A stretch of DNA of 64,000 nucleotides from Botryllus schlosseri (taxonomy: Eukaryota). This document shows positions 15,001-27,200 of this stretch, piece by piece. The translations under genes and the position numbers were made by a program. Position 1 is the first letter of the stretch. Every line of letters starts with the position of its first letter. The stretch covers positions 15,252,001 to 15,316,000 of the forward strand of contig CM119384.1 in NCBI GenBank assembly GCA_051294905.1. The letters are read 5' to 3'. A model generated the notes under the pieces. It was not told where the DNA came from. It saw only the letters and a list, made by a program, of their open reading frames with translations, and did not search any database.

Positions 15001-18000
15001 CATTCTGATTTATCTCTTTAATATATCATGATAAGGAAGGGGGGCGCAGAATTTTTCACTATCAAAAAGGAGGCGTGCTAAAAAGTTTGAGAACTACTGC
15101 TGTATGACAATACGGTTCTCAACTCCTCATTGTCATCGTCATTATCGGCGAGAAATCGCTTGAAATGACATTGCTCTCGTTAAAATAGATTCTTTAAATA
15201 CGATTTATTCCTTGTATAACTGAATAAATGGGCGAATAATCTATCCATTAAGCAATCCGGCCCGCCAAGTGCTTAATTTTCCTATATCCGGCCCGCCGAC
15301 TGGAGAAGTTGCCCGCCCCTGTGTTACTTTCATATAATGACTTCTGTGTTGACGTAGTCATACATCTTAGAATCATGCGAACTGCTGCCGCCCTCTTGCG
15401 ACAACGAGCTGTTAGAATAAATCATCACTAACGCAATCATTCCGTAAAAAGCATATGATCAATAGTATCTATATGACACACGAATTTGAAGCTCAACAAT
15501 CAACATACTAGCGACTAGCCCAACATGTTTACCGGAGACCATCTACTTGTGCATGAACGTAAACATTATGAATTCTCGCACAACGCTGTACGTTCAAATA
15601 AGTGTTTCCGTGTTTCCTGTTGTTAAATCATTGGGCATTGGGCCATCTGCTCTTTCATAGCCCCCGCCCTCCATTACCACGTCCGAGACACGGATCGGAA
15701 TGTTATAGCGACATATGACCAGCGAATATTGAGAGATAAAGATTGGACTCGGACATCGATTTTCCACTCCACTTGACTGACTGAAGCATCAAGTCAACTT
15801 AAACCGAGATAGAACTTGGGTTGGCCAGGATAACAACGATATTGAGGTTTTGAATTCGACAAGAATTCAAAGCATGCGTCTGAAGTTAGCATTCAATGGA
15901 AATATTAAATCCCCTCGCGTTCGGCATGGAAATATTGGGGGCGACCTATTTTACATGTTTCAACCGTTGTATTGAAAATGCATCACAATAAAATGATTAT
16001 GATGAAGAGGCATTATGAAGACACACATATCAAATCCAATAAATGACGCAAAATCTGGATATTGACGGCACAAAAAGGTCAACGTCAACCCACTTTACGA
16101 GTTCGGTCTAATCTAATTTTCGATAAAGGTTGAAGTTGAAGATATATCTATCATAGGCTTCTTGCGGTCTTCTTGCGTCTTACTAAACCCTAGAAACGAA
16201 GTATAGAGCAACAGGCGACACTTCCGATTTGGATCATTATGAAGTCATTCCGATATTTGCTTGACATAGCTCTAATATCGAGAGTCATATTACTTCTACC
16301 TAAATTTTATTTTTACTTCAGGCATAGCTATTACGAGTTGACATAACTGATATAAATCTGAATGACTTACGGTTCTTGCGCCAGTTGCGCGATGCTGAAT
16401 TGATTTCGTATTTTTCCACACAACTCGACTCGATTGAGGCTGCTTAGTATCTTCCGTCCAAACAGCATTGCCTTTCCCTGCGCCACTGCGACTATCTGAA
16501 GGATGGACGTCGTTAAGGCGAAGTGGAAAAGCATAATTTTATCGCAGGAGACCTCTGCCAAACACGATAATGGCCTGATTCGCCCTGTAATGACGGTAGT
16601 CAGAAAATGTCATGATGATCGGATTTATATATAGAAATCAGTATCTTGGATTATTGGTACGGGTATTATCTATAACGGTGACTATGCTTCGATTCCAATC
16701 ACTCTAAATGAGATACGATGATTTCCTGATTTTCACCATGGTGTAAGTTGTAAGGCGCATGCTGTAGGGCCAAGATGTCAATCATATGGCCCGCGGGACC
16801 GATCCGGTCCGCGAAGCAATGATGAGTAAATGAAAATATGCATGTATTATCGAGCACATTTCTACCAAAAGCTTATTGATAAAGAATAATTCCGCGTAAA
16901 TATTCCCACCAGACATCAAATATCTAACATGTTCAGAATTCATATGCCGCATTATAACCGAACGACGGCAATGCTGCGTTTTCACTCTTGTCAAAATCAT
17001 AATGAAGTCTGACATCGACACCAAATTCCGAGAAAGTAAAAAGGTGCACACTGTACAGTACATGCACAGTGCACACGCATTTCAGGGTTTTCAGGAAAAA
17101 TGGATAATGCAAATATCTGTAATCGCACTGCTATACACCGTACGTTATTAGAGCTACTGTTTCCTTGACCTATAACTAGGCTTTTGGAAGTAAAAAACTT
17201 CAATATTGCAGCAAACAATACGTTCATATTGCCAATTTTATTCCACTCGAAGCTTTTCGACTGACTCTCACCAGGATTTATAACTGTATTCCATCGACTA
17301 ATTATCGCGTTCTTTGCAATTCCATTGTTTTCGAATCAAGGTGTTGCTATAATAGAACCCTATCATCAGTATATTATATAGACTTGACAACAAACTATCC
17401 TACTGAGAAACAGAATGGATTTGTAGGTAACATTTTGGTATCATGAGACTGATGTGTCCCGCAAACGATCAAGAGCTTCAAGTCAGGTCCGTAACCGAAT
17501 CTATTTTGCCTACCCCTGGTGTAGGGCGAAAATCAGTTTTAGGACACTTTTTAGTACAACACTCTACTTTCACGCCACAGGCCTATAAGTCGGTGCGAAT
17601 GAACCATCTACGAAAATTCTTAATAAGCCACACGCATAGAGTGCGGTAGGTTCTGTTTACCAGTACAATCCCAAGAAGGTGCAACAACAACCTTAGGCCC
17701 CGAAGATGTAGCGTAGAGCCACCTGAACTCACGCACATGCTGACTAGGGCTCTTCAAAAATGACTTTTTTTCTCAAATCGTACTGGCTACTTGATAAAAT
17801 TGTTAGGTTACCTAATTTAAGCCTACACACCAAATTTGGTTCAATTCCAGCCAGTAACCGCTTTGCTACAGGAGAAGTAAGTTTCTATTTATCATATAAA
17901 AATAAATAATAAAAAATTTGAAAATTTTCTGTTCACCCCATGAAAGTGTTAGGCTGTCTATAGAAACGATGCTCGCCAAATTCGGTTCAATTCCAACCAG

Positions 18001-21000
18001 TGGAAGCGGAGTTATTGCAGTCGAAAAATTTTGATTTGAATAAAATAGTATTTACGGTGAGCACAACTATAATAAATAAACAAAGAATCGGTCACCGTAA
18101 ATACTATTTTATTCAAATCCAAATTTTTCGACAGTAATAACTCCGCTTCCATTGGTTGGAATTGAATCAAATTTGGTGACCATCGTTTCTATAGACAGCC
18201 TAACACTTTCATGGGGTGAACAGAAAATTTTCAAATTTTTTATCATTTATTTTTATATAATAAATAGAAACTTAATTCTCCTGTAGCAAAGCGGTTACTG
18301 GCCGGAATGGAACCAAATTTGGTGTGTAGGCTTAAATTATGTAACCTAACCAGTTTATCAAGTAGCCAGTACGATTTGAGAAAAAAAGTCATTTTTGAAG
18401 AGCCCTAATGCTGACTCATGCTAATTTATACCAACTGGTATATGATTGCAAAGACCAAACGTTCCAGAAAGCGCCGCTAAACTGATTCGCACCCCACGCC
18501 AGAATGAGAATAAATCAGGATATGGAAAATCTCATTTACACCGCACACTACATTTAGCATTTAGCAATATCGCAATCACCAGCTTCCACGCATGAGATTC
18601 AACTACGCATAGCAAGAGATAGGAATTGGGGGCAATATACCTGCGTCTATCTTTTGCGATGACTTATCCGTAGATTCGGCGCTCTCCGCGATTGTGTCAT
18701 CCCGCGTAGGGAATTGAAACGGTCTTCTCGGCGATTTCGGAGTGAAATTACCGCTACCTGGAAGATGCGAGGGCGATGCGTAAACAAATCTTCAATGGAC
18801 GGGACCTGGTGGTTTAGGTCGCACATGAATGGAATTATTCAATTCGCATCGATCTGTTTTCGGCGATAATCTGATACAGGAGCGTCCCGTATATGAAGGC
18901 ATTGTGAAGAGGGTTTGTAAACATTTGCGATGCTGACGTAGAATTCATATTTTCCCGGCCAGCATAGGCGAATAAAAACAAGTCCGGTTTGTCAGCCATG
19001 CATTGCATTGTGCAACGAATCCTTAGATGCATATTGCTTGAGCGGACTGACCAAATCCATTTGCATCATTAATATTATTATTATCATCCAACAATGGTGC
19101 TTATCGCATAGCACCAAGTCACGGATTTTGTAATTATACATTTCATTGCGACGCTGTCTCACTCTCTTTTCCGCCCTCCACCCTCTCACATACGTGTACT
19201 GTATATTCATCTTTGCCTTGCATGCAACTGCAAGCCAGACTCACTGTTCTTCTCTGGGCTTGTGATGACACTGCGTGCGCAGTGGAGTTAACGATGAGGA
19301 GCGAAGATAAACCTCCGACGATTAGAAGATATGCGAAACCGGACTTCGAGCCCATTCACATTGAGTTTATGACACTAGCATGAAAACGCAACGCCACAGG
19401 TGCACAGTGCACACAGCATGTGTAAATTTAAAGTTCATTAGGCTTATTTTCCGTTATTACACAGGCAGTTGTTTCATTAATTCCACATGCTCTTTGGCTT
19501 ACTGTATTTCTGAGGACAAATGAGACGCGATTTTAAGGTTTTGATTAGTTTTCTCAGAACGTCCAATACAATTATCAAATGATGTTGGGAAATATTATAT
19601 AATCTTAAATCAAGACGGAAGTTTGTAGGCAGGTGCTTTGTTATTATTCTGGAAATTTTGAGACGATATGAAATTCATTCATTAAGTCGGATCATGCAAG
19701 TCACGAATTGATATGTTTGGCATTAAATCGCGAGTTTTTGTATTATCTGTCTAATTGCATTCTCTATGAAAATTATGAGATGTGGGAAATGAAACGGAAA
19801 TATGCCTTCGTTTATAAATGTGATATTGACGCGATTTTGCGGTAAATTTGGATTTATGAATTATGTTATATATATAATCGCACTGCGCGTGACGCTGAAA
19901 ACTACTTTAGTCCAGGGATATTGATCAATTTAGTCGAATAAATATTCTTAGAAATCCTAATGGGCAACCCGTTGAGTCGGGCGTGCTAAATGTGGATTAT
20001 ATATTGATTCGCCGTGATACAGTAAACGTTATCTGGAAGATTAAAAAATTGGAAGAGATTGAATCACCGTCAACATCGAAAGTCATTCGACGCTACATTT
20101 CAGAAACGAACCAGTGTAATGAAAATTGTAAAGATGTATGCTGGCGATGGGGGATTTGCTTGTAAGAGAAAACACAATTCAGGTGTGAGATATATATCGT
20201 TTACGGCGCTGTCTCTTGCTATCGCCCAGAGCAAAACTATATTTTTCTGGTGATAAATTACGAATATAAGCTTTTCATTAAGGTAATATCCGAATCATAA
20301 GCCATACTTGTAAACTGAAACTCCAAGACATCCCTAGTTATTCTCATTGTTATTACATTTGGTATTAATGGTAGAACTGGATTGGTGGCTATCGCCATTT
20401 TCGGCGCTATAGGCAAGGATGAATTTTCAGAAAATGATAAATAGGATATACATCAAATGTTATAGAATCTACATTAACTATACTTTGTACTTCATAGGTT
20501 TAGTATGAATTGCTGAATTTATCGCTAGAATAGATATCTTATGTAACTAAACGGTAATAAAGCATAACCTCGAGTACTAGTCATAGTCATATGGTGCTGC
20601 AAACATATATATGCATCGTACAATTCGCGTGGGCTATCTTCTGAAACGGACAATAATCACAACTAATGGGAGAGCTTAGATTCTGTGAGTACGGTTCGGA
20701 GTAACAATGCCGCCTATGGCCTTACCGAAGAAATTTTGTCTGGATTCTGCGAACCAGGATCGGAAATGCGACTACTGCACGGAGCCGTTAATGCTTCTTC
20801 AACAAAAAGACTGGATAATACCGGGATCTGGACTTTGGTGATGTTGTGAGAGAATTGCGAACAATCTTTGCTGAAACTGGACATAATTTGCTCAAATCTC
20901 GAATGCGTGCCCATGCGTTCGCGTATTTAATAAGTGCGCGATCGAAGGATTTGACACCTACGTATCCTGGACAGTTGCCAATTTCGTTATCGACCACCTA

Positions 21001-21150
21001 AAGACCGATGAATTGCAACCTATGCAAATGCAACGTTACCTGCACTTCCAGGGCTTTTCTCTTCCCAGAATATCCTGAGCTCGTCAACTTTGCAATTTGA
21101 TCCAACAATCGCTATCGATGGAGGCCTGTGATCCCTGTTCATTCTGTAGT
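73..21150 (-). CDS. Putative large multi-exon gene of unknown identity, 3' end runs off the window
   Basis: Open AG..GT-bounded segments with mostly compatible phases: 21040-21150 (YRMNRDHRPPSIAIVGSNCKVDELRIFWEEKSPGSA), 20822-20957, 20726-20774, 10299-10677 (NDISTRKP...SSLRSSFRKKK...KTE), 7743-7914 (TTTPVTKRVGRGSMDYLTADEMKFRRRSHSYSE...), 7377-7547 (QYMITLGKERQIFAENPEF...), 6170-6244, 5688-5759, 5414-5474, 5152-5280, 4001-4665, 3629-3735, 73-259 (GSTGSIASNNSDQ...). 18641-18757 is a further open phase-1 segment. Links 6170 to 5759 and 5152 to 4665 are unresolved. No family recognised. Confidence 0.45.
1243..1320 (-). repeat. Short interspersed repeat family A (hammerhead-like core), copy 1
   Basis: Reverse complement nearly identical to 45171-45250 and 22147-22230. 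The GAAA of the core is mutated to AAAA in this copy. Confidence 0.85.
1842..2559. mobile_element. Non-autonomous hAT element
   Basis: Ends CAGTGGTTCCCAAAC / GTTTGGAGAAGCACTA, perfect 8-bp TSD GTCTAAAC (1834-1841, 2560-2567). A degenerate minus-strand segment (HFWNSL...TYL) resembles a hAT transposase C-terminus. Confidence 0.85.
4001..4665 (-). CDS. Coiled-coil plus RRM-like segment resembling LINE ORF1p/Transposase_22; probably an internal exon of the minus-strand gene
   Basis: ORF 3997-4653 (218 aa): N-terminal heptad-like helix, then FLKISGLQW...EHFFSDTLCM...RPLQIIVVGF...KKAAKMQGYKMED, paralleling the ORF1p pattern LRISGLPE...FF...RPIIVKF...K.L....I.ED. Acceptor TACAG at 4666-4670, donor GG|GTAAAT at 4000. 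Confidence 0.55.
6656..7212. mobile_element. Foldback-type MITE (TAGGGCT-ended family), left tip eroded
   Basis: Long inverted arms (AAATAACTTTTTTCCTGGATTCC...GGTTACCCTAAAAAACGC vs GCGTTTTTTAGGGTAACC...GAAAAGTTATTTTTGAACAGCCCTA). Homologous to 43600-43952 and related to 17745-18407. Confidence 0.8.
8743..8765. repeat. (GACATG)n microsatellite
   Basis: Nearly four tandem GACATG units, directly visible. Confidence 0.8.
11750..12029 (-). mobile_element. tRNA-derived SINE (family S1)
   Basis: Minus-strand head GGCGAGATAGCGTAGTTG...GGCTTCGAGTC with degenerate A/B boxes. Body is homologous to 27060-27225 joined to 28051-28100. Confidence 0.6.
12533..14174. mobile_element. hAT element with CCCGAACCCGG subterminal arrays, nest layer 4
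   Basis: TIRs CAGAGATGGAAG / CTTCCATCTCTG, perfect TSD CTCCACAT (12525-12532, 14175-14182). Absent from the 35881-36876 copy of family B. Confidence 0.9.
13310..13491. repeat. GACTTGACTC subterminal array ending in a hAT-like terminus
   Basis: Repeated GACTT/GACTC units ending ...GATCCCAACACTG. No matching left TIR found, so a truncated end. Confidence 0.6.
17745..18407. mobile_element. Intact foldback hAT MITE, 663 bp
   Basis: Starts TAGGGCTCTTCAAAAATGAC and ends GTCATTTTTGAAGAGCCCTA. Inverted arms of about 300 bp around a short spacer near 18061-18090. Perfect TSD ATGCTGAC. Confidence 0.92.
19245..19355 (-). CDS. Candidate first coding exon with hydrophobic signal/anchor peptide
   Basis: ATG immediately preceded by in-frame TGA; MGSKSGFAYLLIVGGLSSLLIVNSTAHAVSSQAQRRT then strong donor GTGAGT (phase 0). 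Confidence 0.35.
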
Positions 21151-22146
21151 CTGCAACACGAAATATCCACCAATTCGTTCAACAAAACCAGCTCAAACGT
21201 AACCAAAATTAGGTGACTACCCTGTGAGGAATATGTGCATCTGATTGAAAATACATTCGCCCACTCAGGCTTCGCTGTTGACTACGCAAATCTTACAAAA
21301 CTAATATATAGCGTCATGGAATGGTAATTCAAACTTCCTGGAGTGGTATATATCTGTAGCATTTTTGTACGGCAACGTAATGTTTATGCGGATACTGGCT
21401 CATAGCGTAAAGAAAGAGACATATAATACTTGAATTGCGAAATTAGCAAATACTATTATGGTGGAATACGGTTGCTGTAAGTATAAGCTATAAGTTTAGG
21501 TTTGCAATGAAGCAAAGTCAGGAGATGGGAGTATTGCGATAAGGATTAGAAAGGAGGATATGAGTTCACGATAGCAATTGTTACACGTATCAAATTAATT
21601 GCCATGTCTGTCTGTATGTGTGTGAGTGAACCCGTCTATCGTAAAGTATGTACATTGTACATGGTACAATTACATTGAAGATTTTATTCTGTCTAATCAA
21701 GGGTATATCCACTTTTAATAGCAATCATGTTTTTATGTTAGGTTCAAATTATCTAAAATTTGACCCGAAATATTGCGAAGGAGAATATCCAATGTATGGG
21801 CACGCCGATGTAGCATTTGATTTGAAACAGGGAATTCGCTATGTCTTTGAGATTGTCGGCAATCAGGACCAGATTTCGAGGGGAAAATACAGTTGGTGAT
21901 CAGAGCCGTTATACTACAACCGGTATAATTCAGCAGGACTGCGTATTTTCGGTTTCAAAATCCATGTCTGCTATCAATAGAGTTTGGAAACTTTCGTTGT
22001 AGTTTCACCGCGTGGTGCATGACGGCAATCACACCAAACTTTGTCAAAACAGGCGATCAATCATTACACCGCCGTTTAGTAATATAATCATGCCAATTAA
22101 GAGCTGCTTCATCAAACACGAAAAAATGATAATTTGCGCTACCTAT

Positions 22147-22256
22147 AGTTGCTGACGATTACCCCTGACGAGTGTCAGCCGAAAATATTCAGGTTCATTT
22201 CAATATGAATATACTATTCAATTGTATATTGAAGTGCTGTATCTCCAAGAAGTTCT
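22147..22256 (+). repeat. Repeat family A, copy 2 (longest contiguous copy)
   Basis: AGTTGCTGACGATTACCCCTGACGAGTGTCAGCCGAAAATATTCAGGTTC...CTCCAAGAAGTTCT matches the other copies. Confidence 0.85.
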
Positions 22257-22323
22257 TTATTTAAGCAGGCGATTAACCAGGTTGATTAAAGTTGTTTTGG
22301 CCCAATACAAAATCAATTTTCAG

Positions 22324-22743
22324 CCACAACGAAGAACGACACTCGAATATCGTCGAATTATTGCCAACTACGTATATTCTTAACTCAAAGGCCTGAGATT
22401 GATTTCATAATAAAATCAGTATTATGAATACTAACAGTATGTACTGCATTTTTCTAATCATTACAGCTTCCGTAAGCCTTATATACATGAAACGAAATCT
22501 TTGATCTACAACTTCAAAGCAGTCCCGACATTGGAACAGAATACGGATGACACAAACAGTACGTCGGCATCGACATCTCGTAGCGGAGCACAGTCAAGCT
22601 TCACGGTCCATTCTTCTCTCACTGACACTGAACTCCTAAAGAATTACAGAGAATCACATGGCTCCTCTGACATGTCTACATCTAATTGTCTCGCCTCGAC
22701 TCTAGATTGGGAATATAACGATCTACACCTGGCCACAATTTAA
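22324..22743 (+). CDS. Candidate last two exons of an unidentified plus-strand gene
   Basis: TTTTCAG|22324-22371|GTATAT and TTACAG|22467-22743 join in phase: HNEERHSNIVELLPTTFRKPYIHETKSLIYNFKAVPTLEQ...DWEYNDLHLATI*. Upstream exons not resolved. Confidence 0.35.
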
Positions 22744-24216
22744 CCCCGCATTTCGCTTTGGCTTCTTGCTTTCTGCATATCTGAGCGACAAAACCGTAGT
22801 AAGTAAATTGGAGCGTGTTATATCATCCATCAGTCAAGAAGCGTGTAAGGCCAACATAACTTATTCATTTAACAACGTACACGCAGCAGTTGCCCAAACA
22901 TGTTGATGTTGATACATTCCTTAACGGACACGCCGACCTACTGTCGATATTCCTCTGAAACGAACGCGTGACCTGCGCTGGTAAAAACTTATACCAATAG
23001 CGCGTAGGAAGTAGCCTATTAGAACCTGTCATTCATCTACACTTGCTGCAAAGATATATGATTTGCCCCTTATAATGAGTATACAGGTTCCTAATTTCAA
23101 GTTATTAGAACCGATTTGTCGCTCGGTTAGCTCAGTTTGCGAACCTGGTAATTAGTCTTTAAGCTGAAAAGATTTCTATTGAATAACTTCGCGGTTTATG
23201 GGATGATTCGCAAAGCTTACTGACCGTCGTTGCTATATTGAAATACTTAATCGTTCCCCATTATGACAACACAAATGAAATAACATGATATTGATGACGT
23301 GGGTTTGTTAATACACATCTAATTCGAACTGCTTTCAAACCTGTTCGTATTCAGTTTATTCGGGGGTAACTAACAATGTTGCATCATAAATTGAAATTTG
23401 GATAGGGAATGGCGTCATAATGACCGAGTCGAAACTTTGGAGGGGCATTCGCGCCTTTCGCCATACCCCAAATGGTTACAGCCTGGAATTAAATTTGGAT
23501 GGGAGAATGTTCAAAATACATTGAACTCAACTTTATGCTGGCGTTTCTGACTTCAAGTCACTGATTTTGCTATATTCATTTCATTCATATATTAGTCTGC
23601 GAAAGATGTTTTTCATGAACAGCACTGTATTTGAATTGAATTTCAGGTAAATTTGACGCATTATTTAGTTTTAGTTTTGTTACATTGGAAATCACTTTGA
23701 CCGCACGTCAGAAAATGACCCATCTAAGTGTTATATACGTATTTCAGTTTGACTATAGTAAATCCCATTGACAGAGGCCAAAATCGGTGGTGTTTGACTA
23801 CTAGACTAGAAACATTTCGGTTTCATTGTCAGTGCGTAATTTTTCATTTGATAATTCGGTGAGAGCAAATACATGTACAATTGTACATTGTACAATCTAG
23901 AGAAGCTTGAGGAGCACCCGCTCAAATAACAAACTAAAACATTAATATCCAACAACTAATAATTAAGCTCAATAATACTCCGTGATAGCGGAGAGGAAAA
24001 GAAGCAGACATGAGAATCACAGCATATTATTAGGCTATTTCCGCGTCGAACTTACGACAAGTGTTTAAACATCGCTTATTACCAATTGACGCACGATATA
24101 TGTCAACTAGAAAGTTCTGCGACATGATAATATTTCACAATATTCACGTTCATTCGAAGAGATTCAATGTACAAAAGTGAAGAAATTGAGGTATAAGGTT
24201 TTTTGGAACCATCAAG

Positions 24217-27200
24217 TTACGCATCTTCAGTTGATTTATTTTCCTCTCCAAGGCGCTTGTCATTCGCCGTACGCCAATCAACAGCCCATACAATTCTGAA
24301 AAAGTAAGAATCGTTGAATTAAGTTCAATCTATCTTTTGTCAAATACAATAAATACTCGCGTATAGGATTTTGGCTGGAAGACAATAATTGGATAGGGTG
24401 AAAGCTCGCCACAATATACAACATTGTGACAATTGAATTGTGGCCTTTACGTCATGATACCCGAAATTCAAGATTTGGAGTGAGGTAGAGTAGCGCATTA
24501 CTCCGGTCGTACCTCGAGATATGAGACATGTATAAGCTTTTGACATCTCCTTAATGGTCTCAATACAGATTGCATCGCACGACATTCACGTATATGTTTG
24601 GTATTAAGGCAAAATGTAACGTAGGGCCTAGTGGTAGTGTGCTGTATTTCTAGGCTATAGTAGCACTGTTCTGGATATGCAATGTCATTGCCGTCGGCAA
24701 TTGACAGTTTTATGGATTATTCTGAGGGAAATTCATGAAGCACCATTTACACGGATCCTTTATTCGGTAACAGTTCTATCAAACTCCCCCGGATTACTGC
24801 AGATAACTTTTTTGACACACTCAAAGGTCATTTCTCCCATGCACGCGTGGTATATCACGAAATGTAGCCTACACTGTTGTATACATGCAGTGCGGCGAGG
24901 TACCGTAACTGAGAAAACTTACCCCATGAGAACAATCGGAATCATCGCCACACCAGCAGAAAACATCCAAATGAACCAATGTGAAATATGCTGAGTCGAT
25001 GAGTACATTGTCAAGTAGCTGACGGTGGCGAGAAGAAAACTCAGCACTTCGCTGGACGAGAGGAGAGCGAACGCAGCGCCTGAGAGGAATTGGAAGAAGT
25101 TATAGGCTCACATTTTCCTCTTGCACCTATCTATATGGCGAACACATTTAGTGAAAAATTTGTCGATGACTAATCCCCTGGATCTGGTGCGTTCGTAGTG
25201 GAATTCATATTTTCAAATCTAAATCCCTTTAGTGGTACCATCTTCATTCTTCATCCCGTAACATGGCCAAATCCAATTATATTTCAATTTTTCAGGATTC
25301 GTTGAACGAAAATTCAGAATTTCAAGTTGAAATGGGAACCTAGTTTCACAAAATACAAATCATTTCGTTTCAAAAAATCCATATCCTCGGTCAAATCCGG
25401 ACTATAAAGATTTTAAGATACAGCGACCGCAGAGCCGGAAACAGGACATAAAATGGAAAAGCTCAACTGATGATCATATGTCTTCAACGGCGATGCGTAT
25501 ATGGTTCTCTTCGACCAGACTTGCAATGTGATAAAATAAGATCGTTGTGGTGAGGAACTTGGTATCGCACCAAAATTGTCTTCATCTTTGCGGTTCGAAT
25601 ATATATATCATCAACCCGACGTGCTTTTTCGGGAAATGTCATTCGAAGCGAGCGACGAAATATAAAGTTGTAATATGGAGATACCTTGTTCAGTCTCTGA
25701 CGCCAACGAGGACACCTGAGCTTGCATGAAGGGCTTCGCAATGCTCCCTAACATCATAGTGCTGGTGGCTGTGAATAGAATGCGACTGCTATTCAAAAGG
25801 TACTATGATACCTTTTCGCTATAGTTAAAGTTTGTCATGGCTGCGTCACAGTGTATGTCTACGTGCATGGCAATGTCTCCAGGATCATTTACGGTGGGCT
25901 GTATCAGTGGGATGTCAATTAGATGTTGTCGATTTATCACGAACAACATCAATTTCGTTTCATAGTTTGTTTACAATGTTGGAGCGAGAGACTTATTGCC
26001 TTTTTTGAGTTACCAACGCAGTGGTTCCCAAACGTTTTTGGCTTGTGGCATACTAGAAAAATTATAAATAAATAAATAAATACATAAAACAGTCACGGCA
26101 CACTTGCAGAATTTTTTTTATAAACAACATTTACGTGGTAATGTGATGGCTATGCCTATTTATACGAACATAGGCTGAAACGAGTTTGCTTTGTTGTAAA
26201 CATGGGTGCATTTCGCCGCCGATTTCAAAGTCGCTCGAGTACAGCTTTTAATATCAGTCAAAACAAAAAAGCTATGCTGTTCACATAACCATAGCGATGC
26301 ACATGACAATAAAGGTATGATTGCTTTGTACCTATTATCATCGTATTGCATTGCAAGAGACAACCATAACTCGTCCATTTTTGTGGAAACAGATTTTTTT
26401 AAACAAGGCTTTCCGTAAATCAATGAGCCGTTTTCCGTAGAAAGATTGCTTCATCGTTACTTCCAAAAGAACTAGCTACCCATCTAAAGTTGTTGTGAAC
26501 AACAAATTCTGAAGAGTAATATTGCAGTGCAAGTTGAGGTCCGCAAGCAGTGTGCTCACGTTTAGCGGAATCTTTTCTTTTGTTTTGTTTACGAGTTGAG
26601 CCAGCAGTTACTAAACATAAATAGAGAAGCGGTCCGACATTACATTGAACAACTATATGGAGAGACATCTAAATTATAACCAAACATATCCATTCGCGAA
26701 TAGAAAGGATGAAACTTGAGCAGGGCAAAATCACTAACACTGCGCTGTGACGACAGCGGCGTGTAATGTCGTAATCGAAATCTCGACGGGCTTAGACGAG
26801 TCTGACGAAAATTGATATTCTTGAATTATAAGAACCAGTGCCGGTCCGGACAACTTACCGGCCAAATATATATTTCAATTTAATTTCAAATCCAAGATGT
26901 GAACATTTTAAGGCTAAATAAAACACGAAATTCTGAACTGATTTAAAAACGTCATTTAAAACGCTTTCTGGTGTGATGTCAAATAGTTCATGCTCTACTT
27001 TCTAGGTATCCTGTACGTCACAATTCTACGAGTGCTGTACCAACTCTGATGTTGTTCTTATTATTTGTGGTATTCATGATGTTTGTCGACTACTATGGTC
27101 ATCTACCCCGGGCCAATTTTTTTAATCTTTATTTCGTAGCTGCCGACTTGTAGCACGGCCCACCTTTGGGCTTTTTTATTTATTTATTAGACACCGCTTA

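Larger units (their letters stand above)
12140..15099. mobile_element. hAT element, nest layer 2
   Basis: TIRs CAGCGGTTCTCAA / TTGAGAACTACTG, TSD ATGTATGA / CTGTATGA (7 of 8 match). Confidence 0.8.
11483..15321. mobile_element. hAT element, outermost layer of a nested insertion
   Basis: TIRs CAGGGGTGGGCAAC / GTTGCCCGCCCCTG, GGCCCG subterminal motifs, perfect TSD TGTTACTT (11475-11482, 15322-15329). Confidence 0.9.

Noticed and set aside
18757-18810. Alternative minus-strand frame VPSIEDLFTHRPRIFQVAVISLRNRREDR, resembling a glycosyltransferase-25 start
   Set aside because: Similarity is limited to a few residues, the frame closes soon after, and no downstream GT25 motifs were found.
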